Shown here one piece after another: positions 1 to 13,460 of a DNA stretch of 64,000 bases (positions are counted from its first letter, which is position 1; every line of letters starts with the position of its first letter). This stretch comes from Perkinsus chesapeaki ATCC PRA-425. Taxonomy: Eukaryota > Protista > Perkinsozoa. A program made the position numbers and the translations under genes. The DNA is taken from positions 40,425 through 104,424 of the forward strand of contig JAAPAO010000047.1 of NCBI GenBank assembly GCA_013115145.1, written 5' to 3'. Below the pieces are notes generated by a model. It searched no databases, was not told the origin of the DNA, and saw only the letters and a program-made list of their open reading frames with translations.

Positions 1-1122
<1,122 letters not shown>

Positions 1123-1496
1123 TCTGATATATCAAGAGATCGATCAGAAGATGAAAATAATGTAAAGAAAAGAACGAAAGATGCGCTGTTGAAACGTCAC
1201 GCGCCACAAAACTCGAAAACTGGCACGTTTCGGGAAAGAAACTCAATTGAATAGAGGTGAGTATCCATGCTCCATTACTCCCCTTTTTTAATGCTTTTTC
1301 GGCCTGATTGCTGTTAAGTATTATGCCTTCTGCCCCATGTTATGCTTACCAAAGCAAGTATTGTGTTTAATAGTAGAGAGTTGGGATCAGTTAAATACGC
1401 ATGGTTAATGATTTTTAGAGGGTATTCCCGCGGAATTATCAGAGTCCCTGAGGAATCTTCGGACGGTCTTTCCCGGAGCTAGTTGATATTATCAAA

Positions 1497-4400
1497 ATGT
1501 CTGACGATGAAGCTGAGATGGCAGAGCTGAGGGCAGTACGGCAAGGTAGAGGATTTAGTAATAGGGCAGCTCGAAGGGAACAAGAGTAATAATACCAGTG
1601 GTGGATTGAACTAGGGGAATAAGGGTTACAGGTGGGCAATATAACCGTAACCTACAAAGACTGTTCAAAATGGCCGAGGGCTTAGCACTGATCCTACTGA
1701 ACTATTGAAGAGCAGCCTAATCCGTCTGTTATTGTCCTTTAGATTTTGATGACGAAATATCACCCCCCCATCGAGTGTAATAGAATCTATTTTACATTTC
1801 AACTTCCGTCTAACTCTCACATGGCGCTTTACACATCTTAACAACACTATTTTTCTGATATCTTGCATAGGCTTTCGGTCCATTCTGTGGCGCGTGACGG
1901 AACAGTCGATACGTGCTCGCGGTTCAAGTCGGCAGCGTTCTGTCAAGAACATAGTGACAACAATGCGTTATTTAGTATGCAAGTCTAACGACGGTGCTGT
2001 CGCCAGCTCATTGTTCAAAATCAAGGATCAGAATCATTCACTTACGGAACTGCGGCTATGGTTGAGTAAATATTGTTATTATTCGGAATAGAGCTTGACG
2101 ATCTTTCTTCAACATCTTCATTTTAATATCAGATTGTCACTTTTGAAAGTTACTAAAGGTTAGCAAAATTTGTGTAGTGTGGTTGGGGTGTCCAAAAGCT
2201 TTTCGTAGATAGGAACTTGATGGGTTATAAACTTAACAGTAATGACAGCAGCAGCGATGATGTGCTATTATTTGATGTGTTAGACCTGAAGAGGCAAGCA
2301 CGTCCTCTGGTATGGAGAGGACAGGCTCTGCCTCATGGCTACTGCCTCCACCGGAAATGAATTTACCGACACGGTTTGGGAGGAAAGGAAATCGAATTGA
2401 TGAAGAAAAGGTTCATAAAGAGTAATTTAATAATGCTTTGTATTTGGGAAGTGATCACTCAGCCATCTGAGGCTACCGGTTGAGGAGCCTCCTACTGTAG
2501 CAGCGCAGGCATTGGCAAGTGAAGAAGACTCTGGCCAGCATGAGGTGGAGGAGAATATACGGGAGGGACCGTAGGCGGAGGGATGGGGCACTCAATGGGA
2601 AATACAATCCTCAGCGAGTTGAACATTAATTCATACTGCATTGGCTAACCAGGGCTGATTAGCATTCTCCGTACGAGATCGCTTCCTCAGGAAGCGAAGG
2701 GTGTGGATTCTAGCTGATGAACGTCGGCTGCCTTCCACACACCGCCACTACATGACTTTGAAAATTCGTAACCTTTCTGTACCTCTTTATACATATAGGC
2801 TTATTTATTCCAACACGACACATTTCGGTTAAGCTATCCTGAAGATATTTTTTCAGGAGTAGGATCCCCGACACCCATGAGATTTGCCTGGATCTTTGTC
2901 CCGAGTCTCATAAGTAATAACCTAGTATATCCCCCAGTAGTATTGTGTTATATAGATCTCTCACAGCATTAAGTATGGACCCCAAAGGCAGTCGAATGGT
3001 CACTGGTGGCACGGATGGTGTGGTGAGGTAATAAGGCAAAGAGGGATCATAGTGGAACTATATCAAAAGGAACGCTCTCAACATTTACCCCCGAGGAACT
3101 CCCTACCAAGTGTAAGGGGAATAATTTTCAGACTTGGAAGGAAAAATTTTTACACCCCGAAGTTTACGTAACCGAATGATACGCGTAAGTCACTTGACGA
3201 ATCCTGGACACTTTATTTTACCCAGATGTTATCGACGAACGAATTCCTGATTCAGCATAGGCGGTGTCTAATACCTGATTCTATGAACTGTGACTCCATC
3301 GAATTGGAAAATTTCGAATTGGGAATATAGAGAAGATTGTTACCGTATGATACTCTTCATTTCGTTGGTACATTATTGACTGGTTTGAAGGCACTAGCAA
3401 TTTGCACTTGGGTAAAATATTGATATTTACAGGTTCTGGGATCTCAATGGTATCAATGCCATGGACCCGAAGCCTTTCAGAGAGTTCACTCCACAAGAAG
3501 GATATCCTATCAATTGCGTTAGGTAGAATATTAAATCGTGGAAGTGTGGTATTGGCCTGCATTAGGTTCAGCAATAGCGGTGGGCAAGTATTAGTGTTAC
3601 CAGCTGATGCGAGATGTAGAATGTAATAAGGGGGATGTTATTGGTAGTACTGGCGCTCATCCACACCGAAATCTGGGGTAGGACAGTATCCTCTCTCACT
3701 TGCAGATGATGATGATTCGCGGAAATACATCGCTAGGAGCTGCCATTTGCCAATTTGTTCGAAATGTGTTATATAATTGTATATATTGTATTTGTGTATG
3801 AGGGATTACAGTATAGTTCTCAAATCGACCGCCCGCGTGAAGGTATTGGCTGTGGTGGCAGTGTCCGCCGTCGACTGCTGTGTTGTTGGTATGATCAGAC
3901 ATGATCGCAATGGTACCAGTACCCCTGTACAGCAGACTATTAAGGGTGACCAATATATAAGGGATTTACAGCACACAAAGGGGCATACAGCTACTATAAC
4001 TGATGGTAATATTGATGCATCCATGTGGTGAGGAAAAAAATCGGCAAGAATTTCGGGAAATTCTATAGATTTCCGGAACACCGCGGAACTCGATAGCTAG
4101 ATTAATGTTATGGACTAATAAGGGAATAATATGTTATTATTATCTGTTATTTTTAAATATTGTATTATCAATAATAATGGTGATATTAATTTCACTCGGC
4201 GCACCTTGCTTTTTGAACAGCTTTCGGACTAGCGATTTCGACGTTTTTCATCTCAATAGGCCATTGGCACCCAATGGACCCTTCCAAGTGGATTACCTCC
4301 AGTCTGGATTGCACTATAAGGATATGGGACATCAACACTCCTGGCACAGGGATGGTACGGCTGCTGCATCGCTCCGCTAAGAAATGTGTTTTGTATTATT

Positions 4401-7400
4401 TTTCAGGATATGTGGATACCTTGTATTCATACACTCAAATGTGTGGATAAGAGGGGGATCTGTGGTGGACGTGGGGGAGTGGAGAATCAGTTATTTGTTA
4501 ACTCATGCGCGTGAGTGGGAGGAAGAGCATATCTTTGAAATAAGAAGAACTAGATTGGGAATCTTTGCAGTGCGATACGGTTACGATTGAGCTAGTATAG
4601 CTAAGTAGATATAGTACTGATGATATGCAAGCAGCTTCCGTTGGAAATGTTCATTAAGGAATCTGGCTTCATTGGAATGATTCGGACAAAGTGCAGTAGA
4701 GCATCGTAGAATTGAGGCATCCTAGGTAGCCCATAATAGTCCAGGAGATTCCCCATTGATAACACAGTCAATTTATGATACTATGTCACTTTGTGTGATA
4801 ATATCAGTTTCGCTTCATATAAGGTGGTTAATATTGTAGTGCCTGCGATCCTGTCAGCATTATGATTGTCATCAGATATAAGCCCTATGATGGAGGGTTC
4901 ATTGTGGCTGGCTGCAGTGATGGCAGTTTGCAGTTGTTTAATGAGCGAAAGAGGCAAGTTGACTCATTTGTTACCGGCGAGAGCTGTGAGAGCTTACAGT
5001 ACATCTTTTCTAATGCTAATAACTTTGCAATCTTTAAATTGGGACTGGTTCTGTGTGAAATACTTAAGAAAGACTTTGATTTTACAAGTAAACGGTGTAT
5101 TATTTTTACTTTCAAATTCTCGAGATTACCCCTCCCATATCCACTAGCCTTGACTCACCTCGACGCTGCCTGCCCCCTTTAGATACGGCGAGGCTGATAT
5201 GATAGCCAGAACAGCGCATACAGATGTTGTTACTAGTGTGAAGGTGCTGGAGGATGGGCAGAGAATGTTGAGTCGGAGCTTGGATGGTAAGTAGGGAGCA
5301 CGCGGAGCAAACAAAAGGGGACGAAAGATTCTCCGTAGAAGAACTAATGTGGTGACGGTCGGAGTATCCCTTCCATCTCGATACAGATAATAACCTCATA
5401 TATTTTCCATGCAAGATCCCTCTGCCGATCATGACTCAACGTCAAAGTCCAAGTGTGTGTTTTTGAAGTATACTGTCATTTCTGTACTACTGAGTGGTTT
5501 CCAGTTCTGAAAGGCATTACTTTTTTGCGGCTTGGAGAGGGAATATCTGACTGCACCTATGTCAAGCTAGCGAAGATGATCTCGATATCGATATTTTAAT
5601 ATCCCTGTTTTTGTACTATTTATATTTGATCAGGCACAATGAAGATGTGGGACTGCCGTAAGCTCCGAGCATCTACTCCTGTGAGGACTTGGGAGAATCT
5701 TCCATGCACAGATGAGCATACAGACATCACAATCTCGCCGGATGAGAGCATGGCTTTAACTGGTAAAGTCATTATCAGAATTAAAAAAAGAATTCCTTTG
5801 AAATTTTGACGGGATTTTTTGGACACATCTGTGCAGGCACAAGTGATGGTCGAGTTGTTGCTTTCGATATGCATTCGGAATCTGGCGAGCCATTGAAGGA
5901 GTATACGTTCCGAACTCAGAGTGCAGTTAGGGTAGGTAGAGACTTGACCACCAGTCGAGGCAGGCCACTACTTGGTTGGGGAAAGCCGCACCTTTCTCGG
6001 TTCATCATCGACTTCAGTACATATTTATCCACAGTGCAAATTCAACATTATCTGAGAGATAAGAGTTGCCGTAAAGAATTCTCTCTCGGTTCACTTGTGC
6101 GTGCTTCTGTTGATCGAGGCCGAGGAATGTAGCAAAATGAGCTGAATAATAACCGGTCCTACACAATAGGCTATGCTTCATCAGACTATTGGTATCTTTG
6201 CCAAACGCGTAGCATCTGGAGAAAATGAAGTATTCAAAATCTATGTAGTGCGTTCCGTATATCCTTCCCCCCGCACTCTTCGGATGATAAGGTACCCTAT
6301 TGTTTCAGACATTATGGCATCCTATACTTCAGCAAATAATCGTAGCGTGCAGTGATGGCAACGCTTACTTCCTCTACGACAGATATCAGTCTATTCATGG
6401 TGAGTGAGGGGAGGCGTGGATGCCAGGATTTCCATTACAGGTGCTTTGCTCTTTGCCCAACACAGTGCTCCTAAGAAGAAGGAACTTGAAGAACAGTATA
6501 TGCCACAGAAGGTTTATAATTATGATGAGATGGTTCAGCGAGGCGGGCAATTCAGGGAGACGAGGAGTGGTGAGTCTCATTGGAGTGCCATTTACTTTAT
6601 TTGCCGTGTTGCGGTCCGAAGTTTTCCAGCAATCCTACACTCGATCTCTACAATATCATCATGCTTTGTAATTTGTTGCATTGCTGTAAGGAACAGATAA
6701 TGAAATCTCATGCTGGATGGGGCGGCGGCTGTGGCTAATGTTCGTTTTCCCTGCTCATGGTCCGAGTAGCTTACTAAAGTGATGTTAGGGTAACTGATTC
6801 ACAGCATGCACCTGAGTCTTCTGTTTTCGTTACGGCGCATCCGAGATTTGACAAAAGCATGTCACTATTTAATTAGCATCATCATCATCGGTAGATGTAT
6901 TGAGAAGTGGAACAGGACGATGATGTTATGATCCTTCACATTTCAACCTGTCTTGGTATCGACTTGTTCATTTTATCACTGATAACTTTTTCGCCTGAAA
7001 TGCGTGAACTTTCCTATGTAAGGTAAACTTCGTCGAGTGAGAGATGCCGACAAACGGCGCGACAAGAATCGCCGTGAGAGGATGGGCATTCCGGATCCCG
7101 ACGAGCAGCACAAGGTGAGCATTCATAAGCTCATCAACGACCGGATCTAACTTTGGTGCAGATCAAACCCGCGGCCCCGCCGCCCGAGAGCACCAGCGAG
7201 CCTGCAATGTTTGCTAATAAGCTAGGAATCGAAAAGGAGAAGTATATCGATGAGGATCCACAAAAGGTAGAAACGTCTTCACCGCGGATCGAACCCGGGA
7301 CCTCTTGTTTTGCAGGCACTGCTGGCGGTCGATACTAAGAAGGGCGATTCCTTCGTCAGCCAAGCGTATGCCAGAACTCAACCTCAAAATATCTTGGATT

Positions 7401-7599
7401 ACTCCGATGTCAAGAGTGCGGTAAGGCACAGAATTGGCAATTTCGTGGCGCGCTGGATTTTTCTTCAGGGTGATCGTCTGTTGAGTAAGAAGCGGTACTG
7501 TCCGAAATGTGGTGTGAAGATGTGTACGTGCGGGTACCTTACAGCTTTGGAGAAAGAGGAAGCGCGAAAGAAACGTCGAACTGCTGAAGTACAATAATA
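1497..7599 (+). CDS. WDR70: WD40-repeat protein WDR70/GAD-1 homolog (multi-exon; exon boundaries only partly resolved)
   Basis: Exons encode MSDDEAEMAELRAVRQ, TALSMDPKGSRMVTGGTDGVVR (~2965-3027), TIKGDQYIRDLQHTKGHTATITDG (~3945-4005), IVAGCSDGSLQLF and DEDPQK|ALLAVDTKKGDSFVSQAYARTQPQNILDY. These match remembered WDR70 motifs (KGDQYIxDxxxTKGH; NPREAIL..AYxxTQP) in the right order. Stop near 7597. Confidence 0.88.
7267..7315 (-). pseudogene. 3' half of a tRNA-Cys(GCA)-like sequence constituting a 49-nt WDR70 intron
   Basis: Reverse complement CT-GCA-AA-ACAAG-AGGTC-CCGGG-TTCGATC-CGCGG-TGAAGAC-G fits tRNA positions 32-73 without gaps. Removing the intron joins DEDPQK to ALLAVD in frame. Confidence 0.75.
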
Positions 7600-7887
7600 A
7601 GAGTATTTCAATCTATATAGTGTTTGTTATTTCAATTGAAAGAGTGGTATAGTAGATAGCTAGCTGTTATATCGTCATGGGCACTTTACACTTGACCGCC
7701 TCAAACGGATTGTCGACCAGTCCCGGGAATTTTAATTGGTAAAATATCGAACGTATCGGCTATGGTGCCGTTGGGACTGTCTAGAAGCCTCTGTGTGGCA
7801 TACGTTTGAGGGATGCGACTTCCGGAACTATCGTACCTTCGGGAATGCTAGTAGCACGATTTTCTTGGGCAGTTTTTTCTTATTATT

Positions 7888-9968
7888 ATGGCTGCTGCTG
7901 CCGCCCTTGGCCCTTTTGACATACCCACAACATGGATAGCGTACAGCTTACTGCTCATAGTCATGTTTACACTATCGGGCTGGCAGGTCGAGGGGAAAGT
8001 TGTTTTTGTGAAAGAGCAGCTAAACCCTCTCACGTTCTCCCTTTATCGGCAAGGCAAGTCTGAGCAGCACCTCTGGTTTGTAGCAGACGCCTTGTTGGTC
8101 AGGTTTGACGGCTATCGTGCTGCTCTGCATAATCGACCGGACTTTCAAATCTCCATTGAAAGCTGATCTGCCACTGTTAGCCTATCTTGGAGCTGCCACT
8201 GGTGGATCTACAGTTGCCTTCCTTGTTGGTAAGCAACAACGCCGATCGGCAGAATATATCGAGTTCTGCGCCATTCTTCATGACCATAATGATGATTGGG
8301 TTAGTCTCGGAGAGCTGCGCCTCGTTGCTGGCTTCCAGGATCTCTGATGTTCACTTTGCTACCCTCGCGCATCTCCCTCATGACTACTCGCCTAGGGTAG
8401 CCGGCACCATCACTGCACTGACTGTGTTCCGTGCAGGTCTGGAGCTGTCAACTCCTTTGATAGCGTCAATGCTACAACCAACAGTGTTGGTATTTGCCTA
8501 TATCCTGGGCATGCTGCGTGGGTCTGAACATTACTCCAAGAGACGAGTTCTCGGTGTCGTGATGTGTGTGTCTGCGGCTATTGGAGCTGTCATTAGCGGG
8601 GAACATATCGACGGTCAGTGCTGCTTCTGCTTCTGTTGCTGCTGCTGTGAGTCTTATGACATCTTCTTGATTCAGATGCTCATCCTATAGATTGGCCTGT
8701 CCTTATGGGTGGCCTGCTGATCCTTCTCCAATGTGTCTTCACCTCATCTATTATAGTACTTCAACGTGGGCTTCGTCACCTCTCTCCTCCATATCTTACG
8801 GGTCGGTTGCTCATCATTGCCGCCTGCAATGCCGTACTTTAGGTTTTTCCTATCTTATTGGTTCGATTACTACTCTGTTACTACTATTTAGGTGGGCCAC
8901 TTCCCTTTCTAACTCCTTTTCACCTTCATTCAGTTGGCGTACCGGCTGCACTGTCTTTGACGCCAAGTGTGCGGATATCACTCTGGGTCTTACTTATTCG
9001 GGATCATACAGTTCCGAAGGTAGCTCCTTCATATACTGCATTATCCATGTATGTATAGTCGATATAACACAGGCTCTTGCAAGCGCAATTCTCATTGCCC
9101 TTGAAAAACAGGATCTAGGAAGTTTTCCCGAAATTACAGTCACTTTTTCCACCTCCAAATGGGAAGGCCCGCACAAACTAGGCGGCTAGGTTGGGGTTCA
9201 ACTTGGCCAGTTCGGGAGATACCCAGCGCGGGTTTCCATAACCGTTGATGGCTGCTTTCTCGTCAGGCACGGGACTGCTGGTTTATGCTGTCATCTTCGC
9301 TACATGTTTTGTGTATTGTGCCATGAACTGGTGTAACAGACAAACATCGCCATCTGTGGTAAGCCATAGTATTTCTATACCGTTTATGCGTCATCACTGG
9401 CAGGTGGCTAGTTTCATGACACTTCAACCAGTCACAACAGCTATAGTACAGTATTGGCTGCTAGGAGAGGCGCCATCGCTAATGCAAGTAAATACTATTA
9501 CGATTGGCTTTTCTTGCAAGTTCGCTCCAGTGAGAATCCATATAACTCACATCATTGCCTGTGTACTTTACGCAACCAATTGGGGGCGTGTAGCCTGAAG
9601 AACAACGAGCTCGATAGAAAATTGAGCCGGGAGATAGTGTTTGCGTCTGTCTTACCGAAGCCACCCGGAGGATTACCTACTACTACGCGCTATCTTATCA
9701 CAGTACCGTCACACCATCACGCAACCGGCGATGTGGTTTTGGTGTTTGCTACTAGATTTCACCGGAAGAACAGCGAGCCTTGTATTATCAGGTACTCTTC
9801 TTCCCCTTCATCGTACTTGGTGTCACATTTGTATCATCATCCGGACATCAGGCACGTACGCTAAACGCTGTTGTCGAGAAGGACCATGAACTGCAGCGGA
9901 TTGAGAGCCTCGAACAGGGCAACAGCGAAGGCATCACCAATGGGCGGCGAGGGAATGCTCTTGAATAG
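7888..9968 (+). CDS. EamA/DMT-superfamily (nodulin-21/WAT1-like) membrane transporter, copy 1 (multi-exon)
   Basis: Successive hydrophobic helices across short exons: WIAYSLLLIVMFTLSGWQVEGKVVF..NPLTFSLYRQ, MLQPTVLVFAYILGMLRGSEHYSKRRVLGVVMCV, VASFMTLQPVTTAIVQYWLLGEAPSLMQ. These are typical EamA repeat motifs. Confidence 0.8.
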
Positions 9969-10084
9969 TTTGCTATTTTTGTGATTTGTCACTGCAACAC
10001 TTGTTGTTCTATTTAAAATTTGCTCTGCATGTTAATTGCGTTCATTTGCGTAACTCGACGTAAAATCCCGGCAGTGTATTAATA

Positions 10085-11898
10085 ATGTCGACCGCAGCCC
10101 CCGCGGTGGTCCCGAGGCGGTGGTCTGTAGCCCCAGCTACTTGGGCGTACATTCTGCTCCTTATCAACATCGTTATTGGAGCGGGATGGGAGGTGTTATC
10201 GAAGCTAGTGTTATCAAATGTAACCATCAATGTACTCACGCTGGCCTTTTACCGGCAAAGTAGGCAGCAGCTTACTCCACTTGTTCCATACCACACTTCT
10301 CTCAGTTCTCAGCGCAGTGGTATTACTTGGGCTCCTCGACCGCACCTTCAAGCTCCCAAAGAGGGAGGACGTGTCTTCTCTGGCTAAATTAGGCATTTTT
10401 ACCAGCTTGGGAATTATTTGTTTTTTCAAAGGTAGAACACGTCCCTGAATTTCCTTTATTTCCTTCCTCTCAGGTATCCGGCTTGCAACCCCCATCATCT
10501 GCTCCTTGTTGCATCCGACGTTCCTTGTCTTCTGTTATTTCTTTGGGCTCATCCAGGGATCTGAAACTTACTCTCGGCACAAAGTGGGGGGCGTGGCATT
10601 GTGCGTTGGTGCTGCCATGGCGGCATCCCTTATGGGAGAGGAACTTCGCCAAAGTAAGCGATGCTAACGTTGTTAACATCATTTGAGTACCAAACTTGTC
10701 CCGCCGAAACGAACGCTATGACTGGCAATTTGATCTCCGAAATTACTAGGTTTAATGTCGCCCGCTTTGGGCCTGTCGGGACAGGCCGCTTGTCTTGCCG
10801 AGATTTGATGTAGCTCCGAAGCGGCGACCTTTACCCTGAGGCTAATCGAGTGCAGTGTCAGCAGCACGAAGTAATACCCTCGGCATTTAGGTACCGGAGA
10901 GCTCAATTGGAGCGTCCTCTTTGGCACTTTGCTCCTCATGGGTGGAACAATCTTCGCAGCGCTCATGGTGGTATACCAGCGCGAATCTTTCCATCTCCCC
11001 CTCGTATACGTTGAAGGTAAATAATTCCAACGTGGTAATTATTAGTCTGCTTCCCTCAGGCTACGCTTATGTATTTGCAAGCGTGGTTACATTAGTATTA
11101 GTGACAGTGTGAGTTGGAAGTCACCTCCTCGAAGCTTTCTACGTTTTGCTGATTCAGGTCACAATTTTTCTGCTTAGTGTCCGGTAGCGAATGTGCAGAT
11201 ATGACTTTCGATCTGGGTTTGGTCGGAGAAAACGGAAAGCTTCATTTCGAAGGTAAGCATCACCGCTATTGCTGTTAACAATTCTACATACTTATTCTGG
11301 CACAAATTCTTCGTGTGTCAGTGAGAGATCATACTAGTGTAAGGCAACTATAGGAAATTTTGAGCTCCTTGCCACCCACGGAATGGAACGATTAAGCGAA
11401 GAAATTTTGGATCTTCCACAGAATCTACCCGTGTGTTGGTATACCTCATAGGTTGACATATTCTTGTTTGCTGGTCAGGCTGGCTACTGCTCCTTTACGG
11501 TGTTGTATTGATGTCTTGTGTCCTCTACTGCACTATCAACTGGGCCAACCGGCAGACTTCGCCAGCAGTGGTAGGATACTCCCATCCTCAACCTCTGAGA
11601 TGATGCTTCATAGGTTGCTAGCTTCGCCACATTACAGCCAGTCGGCACTGGTGCAGTACAGTACTTGGCTACTGGTAAGCAGGTCATCTCACTAGCTCAG
11701 GTGAGGCCTTTCCAGATGTCGAAACGGTTAGAAGGTTTTCTTTAGGTCGCGATGTATCTGTTCGCGGTTGTTGGTGTTATATTAGTGTCTTTTGGGCCTC
11801 CTACGAGCCAACAAGAGATGACCGCTAAATCAACCGAATATAAGACGGCAGCGAGTGACGTTGAAACTGGTGACTCTGAAAAAGAGCAGCTTGAATGA
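10085..11898 (+). CDS. EamA/DMT-superfamily transporter, copy 2 (tandem paralog, multi-exon)
   Basis: WAYILLLINIVIGAGWEVLSKLVL..NVLTLAFYRQ parallels the copy 1 N-terminus. Later exons are similar (VASFATLQPVGTGAVQYLATG..). Last exon VAMYLFAVVGVILVSFG..EKEQLE* ends at 11898. Confidence 0.78.
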
Positions 11899-13460
11899 TG
11901 TTTCCTGACGTAGTCTTTTCACATGAAAGATGATTCTCAACTGTTAGAGCTTGTTCTACGGTGAAACGCTTTTTGGGCTTGGCCCCAGTATAGATTTGAC
12001 GAGCCGCCCCGCGACCAGGCATAGTGGTTATCGACGCACATCTCATCCGTGTTGTTATGAAACTCGAAGTGTCCCAACTAAGCGACACCTCATTCACGTC
12101 GATTAATCTTTAGATATGACAATTGGAACTCACTCGGCAGCTGTGCCATTTTATAGCCTCATTATCATAAATCATCATCATGTCGAGTTGAATTAGATAT
12201 TAATCGGGATAGCCTTCCTTGTCGCCGACAAGTTGTCGGTTTGGCCTGGCAATTGGCCATGGTGAAGACAATTTGCTGTCAAACGAACATCTATGTAGCC
12301 CGGGGTCTATAGAAGGGGTCCGGGATCCGGCCTGCAGATCGGTGTTGTTGAATTCGAACTTGTTCAGTTCTAGGTAGTTTTCCAACGGGGGGCTCCTTCT
12401 ATAGAAGCTTGCTTTCTAAAGAGGCTTCTAAAGCGTGTAGACTACCAGTGGCACTACTATTCACAATGGCCTTCAATTGAGCAACGTGCTCTTCACCACC
12501 TCTTTGTGCGCCTCTCGCAATCACTCACCATTGGTTGTTTATGAGATGGTTTGTAAGGGTTTAGTATGAGCCTCACGGCAGCCATCACCCTACCAGGCAT
12601 TCGCTCTCACTATACACCTTATGCCCCCATGGATCACCTTCCATACACCGCATCGGTGTCGGCGCACTCCGGTCTTATTTACTTCACGGAAGCCGCTGGT
12701 CAGTCCCGTTCGGTCAATGGGGACTCAAGTAGCATTGTCGTTGATCCTCTTCTCTATGTCTTTAACATTTCGTAGGCACTTGCTGCCCTCGCTCACGTAC
12801 CAGAGAACAATGGGGCTCTCTCTAATGTAGTGGAAGGATCGTCGAAGTTCCCGCAGTTAGTCGAACTGAATAATAGCGATATTCAGAACACCTCTGTATT
12901 CGATAAGATCAAACATAGGAGAAAGTAGTCCATATTGAGGCCACCTTATAGCAGCACTGTGTTGCTTTTCAGACGTGGCAGCCGATCAGCGCTGGCGATT
13001 TATACCCCACCAAGCCAGTTGAATGGCGTCAGTGAATTTGCAGAAAGCAGGGATATCTCCATGCAGTTTACATATATAGCTCGAGCTTCGGTCAGGACAG
13101 TCGCGTTTGAACTTTTGCTGGTTCACTGTTTCGTGCAGTTAGTATGGACGGAATTGGTCTGTTAGCAGTTGTATATTTCGCCACCGTTTGGCGAACAGCC
13201 CCCTAGGAGAAACTGTCTGTTCTTCATTATTTTGTGATGGAGCGTTTGAATGGCCGCCATTCACGGTAAACTTATGATAATGAATATCAAATAAATGCTA
13301 TATATAAATAATTCACATCATTCGAGCTGTTCTACAATAGGGAAAATTATGTTTCGGCTGTTAGCGTAACGAACTCGGGGCGCACATGGTACTTTAGTGA
13401 AGTAGTGTACCCGTTCAGATACGTGATGTATCAGTATGGCAGTCCATTGGTTTCCAGACG

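Noticed and set aside
12200-12385. YLELNKFEFNN resembling a Penelope-type reverse transcriptase motif
   Set aside because: No neighbouring RT motifs (QxxGxxMGS, YVDD) were found in any frame nearby.
12480-13165. Short plus-strand exon-like segments between EamA copy 2 and the helical-repeat gene
   Set aside because: Could not be spliced into a coherent gene or assigned to a family; they may be upstream exons or relics.
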